Below, in pieces: positions 1 through 12,460 of a DNA stretch of 64,000 bases. The notes beneath the pieces are model-generated. The model did no database searches and was not told the origin of the DNA. It saw only the letters and a list, made by a program, of their open reading frames with translations. The stretch comes from Marsupella aquatica (taxonomy: Eukaryota; Plantae; Marchantiophyta). The DNA is taken from assembly GCA_973895155.1 (NCBI GenBank), contig OZ316894.1:13385480-13449479 (forward strand), in the 5' to 3' direction. Each line of letters begins with the position of its first letter. The stretch's first letter is position 1. The position numbers and the translations under genes are program-made.

Positions 1-675
1 AAGAGATTGTGAATCAAGACTCCCTCCGTCAGATGCTTCTGACGTTCTCGCTGTCAACCCAGACATACGCTCCTCTCTGGATCCTGATGCGCGACCTGCC
101 GTCTTGTCTGAAGAGTTAAATACTGTCATCCCCTGTAATCCTTTCTCAGTCGTTACACTTTCACCTCCGTTTCTTACGCCACCATCTTCTCCAACAACTT
201 TCCCTTTCGACAGCTCCGGTGCTGTTGCCTGCGCGGGTCTTAACTCTGGTCCATCCAAGGAAAATTCAAAGCTCGGGTCTCTCATGAAAGGCATGTTAGG
301 CGGAGTATCTCTTTCGTCAACAGTAGACAACCACCTGTCAACGTTCTCCCTCGACTTTCCGGACTCTGTCCTTCCACCCCGGTCAATACCGACAGCTTGT
401 TTCTCATTTTCCTTCAGAGAACTTGGGGGCAAAATTCCAGATCCTCCTTGTCGCCCATCCGATGAGGGAGTCTTCCCAGAAGACAGTCGACTTTCAGGAG
501 ACCCAAAGGCATCATCAGCAGATGATTGCGCAAAGAAATGTGAAGTAGTCTGTGGAGCTCCACCAAAAACCTCCAGAGAACCACGACCGGGCCGTGCAAC
601 ATCACTTCTGAACGAATCCGCTGGCTTACGTAGGTTGTAAGCCTTGGGTGGAAAGGACGGCTCCGTAGACGACAT
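1..675 (-). CDS. PHOT: Phototropin (blue-light receptor kinase), N-terminal coding exon upstream of LOV1; runs off the window
   Basis: Uninterrupted minus-strand frame from ATG at 675 (MSSTEPSFPPKAYNLRKPADSFRSDVARPGRGSLEVFGGAPQTT...EERMSGLTARTSEASDGGSLDSQSL>). It has the phototropin N-terminal RGSLEVF motif and the RTSExS segment that precedes LOV1. A splice acceptor (ctctgtag) lies ~20 nt upstream of the ATG. Absent from the ORF track because there is no stop in the window. Confidence 0.85.
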   Translation of the reverse strand, partial: MSSTEPSFPPKAYNLRKPADSFRSDVARPGRGSLEVFGGAPQTTSHFFAQSSADDAFGSPESRLSSGKTPSSDGRQGGSGILPPSSLKENEKQAVGIDRGGRTESGKSRENVDRWLSTVDERDTPPNMPFMRDPSFEFSLDGPELRPAQATAPELSKGKVVGEDGGVRNGGESVTTEKGLQGMTVFNSSDKTAGRASGSREERMSGLTARTSEASDGGSLDSQSL

Positions 676-3254
676 CGTTTCGCCTTCCTTCAACCTACAG
701 AGATCACACAGGTTAAACCAGAATGTAACCCTGTGATGAAAGTTCACGAATCACAAACTTTGACGTTACTGTTGCACTTCTCATACATCAGAAACAGTCT
801 TCAGAAAGTGTAACAAAGAGAACCACAAGAAGCGAGGGGATTTGCATGTGAAAGTCGCTAATGCCCGAAGAGAACAACAGGGAGAACCACACACAGCGTA
901 TCGAGCTGACGCCAATTGTGAGTTCATCTAACGAGGCTCATGCCACCTTGTAGAGACAGTTGCAACATTAAAACATCAGGCATTCCTCGAGAACTCAACA
1001 TTGTATGCCTAGCTGCAACATCTCGTCCCACTGAAGTGATTGACCATCAAACATTTATTATCAATGTCGCCTACAAACCTCCCTATACGAATAAAACTAA
1101 ACGAGAAGATAAACGTCGATTACCTTTGCTCACCAAGCTCGTGGATGCACAATAGTCGATGGTAACACAATTCAAAGCGGCCAAGATCAAGCTACACGAT
1201 TCCCCCGTGAGCTCGCCCTGTCGCATTGTCCTATTTTGCTGGAGGGGCTCTCGAAGGATGTCCACCGGACAAACTAGGAAAATCGTCCACGCTCGTCACA
1301 TGTGGAGTTTATCCAAAGGAACTCCGGCCACTGCACAAAAGTCACAATTTCGCTCAGCAACTCAAAACAAATCTCAAACATGATATACTCAATCGCAATG
1401 GCAACGGAGCACGAGCAAAGCATTGTATTCGCGATCTCCTTATCTCGGCTTAGCCAGGAATTTTCTACAACCATCCCATAGCCCTTCCGAAGGAGGTCAC
1501 GATCATGTATCGAGTGGCCCCTAACACAACGGAAGGTTCCTTCCAACATTATTGTTGACCAACAGAAGTTTCCTCGCTATGCGTCAAGAAAACGCACGGA
1601 CCCGAACAACATCGCTACCTTAACATGAGTACAGACAGGGCCACACAGGACTGTACAATAGGCTGGCTCGCTCTACAAAGAAACTCTTGTATGTCGAACA
1701 AGTCAGCATAACATTGAAGATGTAACCAGCTCGGAAAAGAACCTAGAACTCGGGAAAAATTCAATACTACAATGTTATCAAAGCTAGATTACCCATGCTC
1801 GAGGGAACCACTTCTGTGCTGCACGTCAGGTAGTCAACCGAAGGAAACAAAAAGACAGAAATTCTGTAGCAATGCAGCAGATCAAGTATGCGCTCACTAT
1901 GCAATACAAATAACGAAAAGAACCTGAGAAATGCTAATTCGTGGACGCAGCGTATGTAGCAATCACAACTACAGTTCAAAAAGCAAATTCTGAATTCTGA
2001 AGTAATAGACTAAATTCAACACCACCGTCGTAAATCAAGACAAGCGCCACAGCATCTGGATATCCGACTCCGTTTGAGTATCGATGTACCAAAGCTACAC
2101 CTTACAGCAGCATTTGGTGATGCGAGGCTAGCGCAAGGCAATTCCGCGTCTGTAATTGCGGAACGGAAAATACAGGAAGGAACAGCACTCAGCTGCTCGA
2201 GCCAATTTGCGACCGAAACAACGACGCATTTTTTCTCTGCTACTAACAGTATAACCAATCAACCCTGTACCTCAGATTAACACTCCACCAACGCTAAAAG
2301 CTCCAAGTCACAGTCGAAGTTGGCGAACAGACCAATTTCGTAGAGAACTGCTTATACTCAGTACTGAGGACAGGTCCCGGCTCTGAAGAAACATGATAGG
2401 TGAAAAGGGGGAAGGGAGTAAGCCAATCCGTTCTGTTCTCGATGACGCAAACGTGATTCACGATTCCGTCGGATGTTTGACGATCGACACCCAAACTTCT
2501 CGCATGCCAACCAATCTTGCTACAGAAGGACCAATCGCCCGATGAAACTCGAGCAGTATATTTCAATCTCAGTCACTTAGCCAAGGCAGGAGTTTAGAGC
2601 ACCACCTACCCAGTAATGATCGTGCCCGAAAGTTTAGTTGATTCCGTAACTATCGACCAAAAACCGACAACACCTCAATTCACCAACAATCTCTTCTCTC
2701 CAGTTCTGTCCTGTGCACAACAGCGAAGCCCGTGTCCAAAACGAAAAGCGAAACTTGAGGAGTAACGAGACTCGTTTCCAATCCTTCCTCTGCGCCAATG
2801 CTACGGACCACGGAAGAAGGGTGGGCGTCAGAGGTACGAAACAATCCGAGAAAACATCACCAGAAGTCTACCCTTGCCAACGTCCAAGGGTAGCAAATCG
2901 AATAATGTAGTGATAAAAACTCTTTCAAATATCAACCGGGTCCCAAGGGAAATGAAAATGACCAGGCACACTAAGCGTGCTTGCTGCGTCTGCTGTGATT
3001 AGGAAGGTAGTAGTAGCCGACGCGCCCATCCGACTGCCAGGGGGTGAAAGCAGCATTCCGTAGTTGCAGAGCGTGTGGATGTAAGGAGTAGTGATGACGA
3101 GGGGAGGTACAGGGACTTCTGATGGGGTGGGTACGCAGCTAGCCAACCCGCCAATGGATATAAGCAGAAGAAGTAGATAAGTAAATTGTACCGACTGTGT
3201 CTCGGTCGTGCATTGGAGGGAATGCGGGTCCCACACCCCCACTTTTTCTTCCCG

Positions 3255-3286
3255 GCCACGTGAGGCAACGTCCGCTCGCGTGGCCC
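3255..3286. promoter_or_regulatory. G-box (GCCACGTG) plus CGCGTGG element in the probable phototropin promoter region
   Basis: CACGTG at 3257-3262 and CGCGTGGC at ~3277, upstream of the long 5'UTR/intron region of PHOT. TSS not determined. Confidence 0.3.
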
Positions 3287-3521
3287 TGCCTGCGAATTTC
3301 CCGCAGCTCACTTGCCAAGAAATTTGACTGCGAAGTGAGAGCAATCGCGTACAGCAGGGCATCTTCCAGAAACATTGGGAAAACTACGGAGCACATGATC
3401 CCTAATTTCAGGTTCCAAACTCCATTGTTGAGTCTGGCCATATTCCTGTCCTATCCTCTATAGGGGGTCTCAAATATAGGGCCGCGGGTATTTTACTTTA
3501 GTGCGCAATAGATTTGGCCGG

Positions 3522-4353
3522 TGTCGTGGCGAAACATTTAGGCTCGGGAATGGCTTTTATAGAGGCTGATGGGCGAGGCGTCGCTGATCAGTCGCGGGTG
3601 TGCTGACTCGGAAAGGCTGCTTGGTTGGTTGGAGATAAGGCTTGATGTTTGGGTAACTCATCCTTGCCAGGCTTGAAATTTGGGTGAGCCCGGCAGGAAA
3701 GTTGGTTTCGGAAGCTATTTAAGGCTTGGGCTGCGGCTCATTGGGGTTCTGTTCTGTTGGTTCTGTTTTGTTCGGTTCTGTGTTGTTGGATCTGTTTGGC
3801 TGTTCAGCTGTCTGTTGGGCTATCTGTTGGTTCGGCTGTGAGTTTGGCCGATTGATGTTGCTGTTCCGTTGTTCTGTCACTCGTTGCTCGTTGCGAGTGA
3901 TGGTTCATTGAGGTTGATCGAGGAGGTTTCGAGTCTAAGAGGTGATTCGGTTCGGTTTCGGTGTGAGCTTTGAGCTTTGAGTCTTGGGCCTTTGAGCGTC
4001 GAGTCTCGTTGGTCCAGGCCCGAGTTCCTTGTGAGCTAGATTGCGACTAGTCGAGTAGCTAGTCAATTTTGGAGTTTTGTGAGCTAAGGAGGAGGGTTTT
4101 TCCGTCAGTTTTGAGTAGACAGCCACTCGAGGGGTTGAGCTTGACAAGTTAGAGGTAGTCGCCCGCCGTAGGGTCAGATACCAGACTCTTGCAAGCAGGC
4201 TTACTTGAGGTCACCCATTGTAACCATTGAGAGAAAAGTAAAAATAAATAAATGAGTAAGAGTTCGCTCCGAAAAGTGCTTGTCGCCTACCCCAATCGCA
4301 GCCAGAAACGCAAAGTTTACCCGAGGAGCCCCTAACTTCTAGTCCTCGCAACA
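3522..4353 (+). mobile_element. Ty3/gypsy solo LTR
   Basis: TGTCG...CAACA termini. Clearly similar along its length to the 3' LTR at 31061-31874 (e.g. gggcgagg..tgctgactcgg, ggtccaggcccgagtt, aatcgcagccagaaacgc, ggagcccctaactt). Flanked by ccgg/ctgg, a possible 4-bp TSD with one transition. Confidence 0.85.
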
Positions 4354-5386
4354 CTGGATGCGGGTAAAAAACATGCGGCAGTCCTATTGCTAGCCCGAAC
4401 AGTCATTCTGCGGGATTGTACCACTTACCAAATATGGACGCTAGTGTCCCAACGGTCATACCCGACATCGCACTATGGAATGCGCCAAACATCCAACACC
4501 AACATCAAGGCCTTGAGCAGCCATCGCTCTTCAGCTGAGAAAAATGCCATCACTAGTTACCTCTTCAACTGGGAAAAACTCCATAACTCTTTACCTCTTC
4601 AGCTGGTAAAGAGGGCCAAGCGGAGCCATCGGAACTGCCATTGCCATTGCAATTGCTTCAATTGTCTTGGCCTAGGGAAGCCATTCAGGAAATCAGAGGG
4701 CTGTCGTAGGCAACGTGAGCTTCAGGTTGCGCCTCAACTGTATTTCTTGGTGAGTTCTTGTTGCTCATTATAGTATGGAAAGAAGTCGTATGCCATATTT
4801 TGATGTTGGGCACCCTATATGGTTTCCCTGCCAGTTTACTTGGAGAGGCTCTTTGAGATATTCAGCAAGCCTAGCTTGGATTTTGGTTGTTGTAGAAGCT
4901 TCCTCTAGAGTGAACTTAACTTCATTGAGAGATTTTGCATCTTCATTGCTCAAATTTTGCTTCCTTAGCTCTTCCATGGCTCCAACAAAGCACAACAATG
5001 GTGCAAAGCCAAGCATTGACGTGCACTCTACACCAAACCCTCCTCTTGCCACTATAAAGCAGCCCAAACAAGAACAAGTCACTCTTCCACTGTCTTTGGA
5101 GTAGCCAAAAGCGGCAGTGCATTGTCCCACCCGGGCCATACCTGCCAAGAAGACCACCAGTAAGCGAACCGCAATGAAATAGTAGAGAGAACAGACAAAA
5201 GGCTAGGCCAAATATCTAGAGAGACTAAAGGAGGAGAGGAGAGTGCATTATATGGCCGACCATCCCAATCACAAAACAATAATGATACTGATTGGGACTC
5301 TGATGGTATGATATGTAGACATACAATGATACTTTGCACAATTCTTCAGTAATTGTGGATTGATTTAATCGAGATGTATGTGGTCA

Positions 5387-5448
5387 ACTACACTACACTA
5401 CACTACACTACACTACACTACACTACACTACACTACACTACACTACAC
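5387..5448. repeat. (CTACA)n pentanucleotide microsatellite, ~12 units
   Basis: Direct reading: actacactacactac... Confidence 0.95.
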
Positions 5449-6278
5449 CTCAGTTCAGTAGAAGTGGTGCATGAGGCCGGATTTCAAACATTGGTATTGT
5501 GATAGTACAGTGTTGCTATTTTGTCAAGGTTGTTTCACAATTTTGTGAATCACAGTTGAAATGTGGCAATTTGATTCTCTAAATTGCATTTTTGCGTTTG
5601 CCAAACTGTGATAATGGGATCCAGGGACGGTTAATGATATGGTATGTTCAATCACCGTGAACCAGGATGAGACAAACAATTGGGTGAATTATCACTGAAC
5701 ATCATGCATAACACACCCCTGCCGGTAGTCAAACATCAAAATGTGGAAATGCACTACGAGCATTCATTGATTTATTGAAAATTATAATGACTATCATTGT
5801 ATGGAATGATAATAATAGTACACCTGACAATTTAGACACCAGGAAGGCACACCGGAAATAATAGTACAACATGCTTTTGCCTTCCCAACTTGCTCTACCC
5901 TGCTGGTAATTACACATGAAAATGTGGATTAATAAAGTGGATTAACATTGTAATCAATGAGCACCAACTTTTGGCAATAGCAGCACGAGAATGTGAGTGT
6001 AATGGATAACTTGGTGCGCATGATACATGATCGGCGTCCTCTTGGAGAAATGGCCACGGATGTTTGCCTTGCTATGAGAGAGTATGGGGCATAGCACACT
6101 CAATGCTGCTGGCAAAGTTTTCTGTGAGCTGCATGTTGTGAGACTGTATTTTATGGGCGCTGTTAATATGCAAGGGATGCCTCATCGATGGCTTTCAGAC
6201 TCGCCCATTGTATCACTACAATGTTGAGGCCCTGAGGTCCTAGGCAACGTGAAGACCTTCCAATAGAGCAAGACCATA

Positions 6279-6692
6279 TTGTCTCCTCTCCTACAAGGTC
6301 CTCCGCCTTGCCAAGTTTGTGCCAGGCCGGAGTGTACGCAAGGTGTTGCAACTCCACCAGCAGAGGTTAGAGTTGCCAAATTATTACGTATTCCTCCATG
6401 TTGCTCGGTGAGTGCCAAGATTCCTACTTCCCCTCATGAGAAACTCATCCTTCAAGCCAATATGCAAGCGGTGGGACTGGAATTCCTCTTTAACCTACCG
6501 TGGGACATAACTACTACATGGATCCCTATTCACGGATTTCATTGCTAGATCCCGGCCATGAACTCACCAATATCAGGGCAATGGACAAGTGATGTAATTT
6601 CAAAGGCTTATCAGGTAGTGCTGATGGGGCGCCAATGTGTGATGGAAATAGTGAGTTCAAACCATTTGTTGAGACCCAATTCACATCAGGTT
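6279..6692 (+). pseudogene. 5' half of a degenerate uncharacterised ORF interrupted by the Mutator-like element; continues at 18150
   Basis: Frame ...SEFKPFVETQFTSG joins across the TSD to KRKNGWPIEHCEDTKHLKPLLEFLIP... after 18149. Confidence 0.5.
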
Positions 6693-6970
6693 GGGCCCGA
6701 CCTCCATGACAGGAAACAGGAAATAGTGATGATCATAACAGGAAAAATAGTTGAACAAAACAGGAGACTTGGTACTATCATTCACAAAAAACGGCTTAAT
6801 TTTGGACCAAACCAAAGAGGTCAAATTCAACATAAACTCAAAAAGATGGGGAAAATGACAATTATCGGAAGACGCCTTTACTAGCGCTTAGTCCTAACCA
6901 AGCGTTTGATACCGTTACAAAATATCATTAACAAAATACCCGCTCACCATCTACCGGAATGATCAGAGGA
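6693..6970 (+). repeat. Left terminal inverted repeat of the MULE
   Basis: Aligns with substitutions to the reverse complement of 17860-18140. Confidence 0.8.
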
Positions 6971-7339
6971 TAATGGTTTATAAGGCAAGAAAAGGTCATC
7001 CTTGAGAATGCATGCGAAAGAAATCCACACGTTCAGACCTAGAAACTACAAACTGCAACCAAGTAAGAAAATGGAGTCTAGCGCCGGGCGCTAACAAAAC
7101 TGAAGGCCAAGTGACGATTTAATACAAACAAATCTCCGTTACCCGTACAATGAAATTTACACATCCGTAAAATTGTAAAAACAAATTAAGTTTTATGTGC
7201 AACCCACAAAAGATTGAGCCATGTTGAAAAGAAACCAAATGTTGTTTACTAGCGCCGGGCGCTAACCAAAACAAAGTTACCGTTACGAAACGACAAGTCC
7301 TACATACCCGTTGAACGTAAACTAGAATACTAAGCCTTA

Positions 7340-10300
7340 CTATAAACCATCAGCATTTTGCCTCCCTAGAATATAACGCAGTTCCGCAATGGTAAGAATT
7401 GGTTGGCTTGGGAGGATATTGTCCACAAGATCAAGCTTGCAGATAACTTTGTAAACCCAGTACAAGTGTTTACATGGCATGAAAGGTTTCCCTCGAGAAT
7501 GTCGACGAAAGAAATCTTCACAAGAGCAACAAGGGAAAATGCAAATTTGCACCCAGTAAGTATTTGCAGTTCATAAATGTGCATTTGTGCGTATCTGGAA
7601 TCGATTCCCGTATGAATTTCCCGATGAAACTTCCATAGTTTTGATCAAAGTCATTGTTTCTTTCGTTGCTGATTCAATCCTTTTATGATATTCCTGAGTG
7701 AGATTTGATCTAGAGCTCATCGCACGCCGTTTCTCATTCGAAAACGGATGTTAACTTGTGCAAGATCGATCTTTTCAGGAAAAACATCAATGTTGATTCT
7801 CAGTTCAAATGGAGAAGGACAACGTGAAACAACACCTCCTCTCGAGACTTCAATGCCCTGCTCTTGAAGGAAATTTAACTCCAGACTTGAAAGATGAGTG
7901 CCTTTCTATACTGGCAAAAAGTCTGGGCAAGTAGGGAGGCTCACAATACCTCGACAAGGGCGGCTCTTCCAGCAATCACGAGTGGGGCAGAACCAGACAA
8001 GCTCTGGATGGTGTTCACCTCTGAATAAGTTGTAACCTTTGACGACTATTCCGACAACCCCTGCATTTGAAGGATATCCGACCTTCTTAATTTGATTATG
8101 ACACTCATCTCGATCACAACTTCCAGACAACGTCCCATTACACTGTGGTCCAGCACCGTGTCTGGAAACTCTCCGCAGATGCCAAGACCCGGGTACAACG
8201 TCCACTTCAAAAAGCAAAGTGTCTACAGGAATGAATGGAGTGGTGTTCGGAGCACTTTTTGGAACTTCGGAAGATTGAGTGACATGATGGGAAACTGGAG
8301 AGCCACTTTCAGACAAATCGATAATTGGATTCGAAGGAGGAGTTCTAAGTGTCGGAATGTGCTCAAACTCGGATGAGTTCAAATTCTCCTCTTGCAACCT
8401 CGGGTGTTTGGTGTAGTTATGAGAACTGTGTCATGTCGATGGGAGTCTTGTGGAGAGACGTTCCCGGTTGCCGGACCTTTTCTTTTCATAGACTTTGTCA
8501 CAAAATCCCCATTCAACGGAGAATCCCTCTCCAAATTAAATTCTGCTGCATTTGCGAGTAACATATTAGAGGCTTCTTCGAAGAGTTTCGGGGACCCTGC
8601 CTGGTCAGCCGAACGAAAAGTCAATTCAAACACTGTTGGACCAGTACCCCGATGGAGCCCTTCACGATATGCTATATAGGCTGCTATTTGTGAGATTGCT
8701 CTGTTGTGATCGGTCTTACATCCTTCGAACAAACCAACTGTTTTCTTTCCCTGCCATGCTTTCATGATTCCATGAACAGCTTCAGAACCAGAGCAATTGG
8801 GAATCATGAAAAGAGTTTTGTCAAATTCAGTACAATATATCGAATAAAAAATAAAGCGGAACTTCAAAATGGGCGGACGAAAGGTATGAATGTTTTTCAT
8901 TATGATTGTGAAGATTGAAGACGCTATCAAGCTATTCGTACGTTAGCGCCCGGCGCTGGCAAAAAACATGAGTAAAGAGCACAATTAGAAAAGGGAGATT
9001 AATACTAGCGCCTGGCGCTAGTATACATTGACTCACCAAACGTATGAAATTTCCCCACTGACGCCACCTCACAACCCACCAAGCGATCCATCCTTGCAAC
9101 ATTCTAAGTTTCCCAGGAATACAATTTCCAGATCTCCACCATGAATCAATCTCTCGTGAAACCCTGTAGGCTTCCACAAATGAAGCGGCATTGCGCAACT
9201 TGTCCCAAAGGATTCGATGTTCAGCACGTTTTTCTTCAAGTACTCCTTCGATAGAGTGCCGATGCAAAGACTGATAAAAGTGGAATGCATCCGATCGCTC
9301 TCTCTCCGGGTTTGGATGGCCGTCAAAGAAGACATTCCTAACCGCTATCCATCCTGCCTGAGCATTATCCGCCATGAAACCATGGATTTCCACACCCTTT
9401 AAACCGTTCTCCAAAGCGACTTCGATCATCAACCTCCAAGCTTTCTCAAGCAATGCAGTGTCCTCTGCTTTGAGTTCACAAGTAAATATTGTGCACAAAG
9501 CTTGATAGTTATGGTCATACACATGTGCACTAAAAGTACTCCATTCTTTGGACATCCTTTTCATCACGTCAAAGCTCACCCATGCTCCTTCTAGAGGCCC
9601 CCCTTTCTTCATCTGACGCAGTAAATCTACTCCCGATCCATGACCTTTGATAGTCATTTTGAAAATATGTGCTCTATCACCTTTACAGCCCTGCCCAGGA
9701 AGAAGATATCTTTAGAGAAAAGGAAACGTAACATTCTTCTGCATGTGAACCAGATATTCCAAATCACCTCGACCAACCTGATCTTTACGAACGCTCTTAA
9801 ATAACGCAGAAAACTTCTGAGGCCTTGAAACGAGCATAAGTGATTTCCAGATTTCTGATTCTTCTAGCTTTGAAATGTCATCCACAGACTCACCTATGGC
9901 ATCCATTAAAGATCCAATGATCTCATTTTTCAAAACGCACGGTGTAGAAGAAGGATACTTCTCATGCTGTCTCTGTATTTCTTCTATTGCTATTTTCTCA
10001 GCACTTCTAGACCAGACCTTCCGACATGGATGGTTGTGCACCCCCATATGGATTGCAAGTCGTGACATGTGTTTTGTAGTGTCATTTTCAATCAAAACTT
10101 GCGGGTACATATAAAACATTTTTGCTGGACAAGACTCAACACAAAATGGAACTTGAAGGCAATAGCGACAAACAATTCCTCCAGCATCGATCAACCTCCC
10201 AGGACAATGCTGACCAGAGAGCTTGGGGGTCCCATCCCATCCATTACAGTTTCTGACTTGAGTCCTGGTGTAAAACTCACATGCTCTATTTCGGCATTCG

Positions 10301-11067
10301 AGAGAACCACTACAGCTTACTTTCCCAAACTCCCACGTCTTCTTCGGAACAACATTAGCAGAAGTAGGAAAGATTCTAGTTCAGAGGTAGCAGTCCTTGG
10401 ATCGATCCATGTTTCGCAGACGATCCCCTTTCGAGCCAACACCTTGAACAAGTGGAAGCTCAAATATGGTATTCCCATTGTACTCTATAGGTAAGCATTC
10501 AACCTGTTTGTGAATGAATGCCTCGGACCTAACAAAGCGCGATAACTCACTTTGTCCAGTTGACTTCAACAAGGCATCAAGTGCGCTTCTTCTGTACACA
10601 ACCAGAACAGGACGAGTTAGAGTGTCTCCATCATCAGACCCCTCCGACGCAATCAATACGGGGGGTACCTGGGGCGTCAACAAACTGGTACTGCCGCCCT
10701 CCTTCTTGACCTCATCGCCCTTTGAGATTGGTGGAGAACCCTCAGAGCATTCAGCATCGGACGTAAGGTCAATCACATCGTGAGCCACCTGAGGCCTCTC
10801 CACCTTGACCTGAATGATGTCCCTTAGTTGAATGAAAATCAAGTACTCCACGCCATATTCGAGATTCCAAACAACGTCCTCCGCTTCAGTATCAAAATGA
10901 GCGGGCCCATCGTTCAAAGTTCTGACACTCTAAATATGTTTTCTCGTCACCCCAAATCTTCCACACAGGTAATTATCACTAACACATTTCCTATTTTCGG
11001 AAATTGACACAGGGATCATCACAACGTCACCTGTGTTCGGACACATTATTCGAATAATGCGAGACAT
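7340..11067 (-). pseudogene. MULE-type transposase: N-terminal GCM/WRKY-like Zn domain, DDE core, C-terminal SWIM finger; several stops and frameshifts
   Basis: GCM-like segment SCSGSLECRNRAC...CRYC..VPFC..SCPAK...RLAIHMGVHNHP. Putative catalytic D (WVSFDVMKR), D (GFMADNAQA), ERSDAFHF (CxxH position) and E (NCSGSEAVHG). SWIM YWVQICIFPCCSCEDF...PCKHLYWVY. Intron donor gtgagt at 9036. Confidence 0.8.
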
Positions 11068-12460
11068 TCTAACTCCCCAAAGATAACCGACTACATAACA
11101 TAATGATACATGGTAAAATGAAGCTAGATTGTATGGTTGAGGGTTTCTTCTTAATCCAAGTCTCAAACGGAAAGAGCCGTCGAGCGGTTATAGGATCTGT
11201 TGGGTACGGATTTTCTTACCGTTCAAGAAACGACAAAACCATCAATTTGGCGGATAGTTATTGTTGAATTAATTGTTTTGAGGTTGTAACCGACGGGGTA
11301 ATATAGTAGCGCCAGGCGCTAGCGTTTTCCACATCTCAAAGAGCCCAAAAATAAACAACAAAAGCAAAGATCAACGGCCATTTTGGTTACTGACACAGGT
11401 TAACATCCTACGATAGCTACTCATTATGACAACATTTAAGCTGAAATGTATCGGGTTTCCTTGGAAATAGCGTCTTATTTATGGCAGACGACAATATTAC
11501 CCTCTTCTAATATTAAAATTGATCCATTTGAGCTCGCGTAGAAGTTATCATAATACTAGCGCCAGGCGCTATCATAAAATTGATAAAAATATCAAGATCT
11601 AATGGTCATTATTTATTGAAACTCGCAGATTTTGGGTCCAAACATCTAAGCCATTTTGAAGTGTCTTGTTACTAGCGTCGGGCGCTATTATTGAAATCTA
11701 CACATTTAAGCCCTATTTGAGACTCAAAGAAAAATAGCGCCTGGCACTTTCATAAAATTGATAGAAATAAAAGTTGTTTATTACAAAAAAAATCTCGCTT
11801 CAGTCCAATCATTCGCATGATTTTTTAGTACAATGTTACTAGCGTCAGGCGCTATTATTAAAATCCTTCATTTCAAGATATATTTTAGTCTAGCATTATA
11901 ATAGCGCCAGGCGCTAATATTAGATCGAAGTAGAATATTGACATAAACGGTCTTTTTAAACGGTAACTTTGACCGTTTATCGTTACAATTTAGAATGAAT
12001 TCCTGGATAAATATATTCACGAGTACCTATAAACGAGTTAAAATGTGACAAGTGTCAACCTTTAGTAGGTCTGCTTTTGGATGCTCGTGCTTTTCGATGT
12101 GTACTTGTCATACATGTCGGTCTGCCACAGGGTATATCAGAGAAGATCTTTTTGCGATAGTGTCTTCCTTGATCGTTAGAACGACCTCTGCGCCCATTTA
12201 GGGTCATCATCAATCATTCAATTCGTCCATATTAGTACAGCACCACAAGAAACGTTGCATCACGCGAGAAGCACGTTGCAGTGCGGGTTCCCCGTGTGTG
12301 TGCATCTTAAACAAACATGGAGAATCATTCTCCTGGCCATTCTGAAACATCCGAGTCCTCATTCTCCGGATCAGTTTATACTCGGAGAGTCACTCGTTCG
12401 TCTGCATCAAACTCTTTGTGAAACATTAGTCAGGCGATTCCAAAGTCAAAACGAGGCATC

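Noticed and set aside
104-640. 178-aa plus-strand ORF
   Set aside because: Antisense shadow of the phototropin exon.
4387-5339. Several 90-130 aa ORFs
   Set aside because: No recognisable domain; may be a decayed gene but cannot be called.
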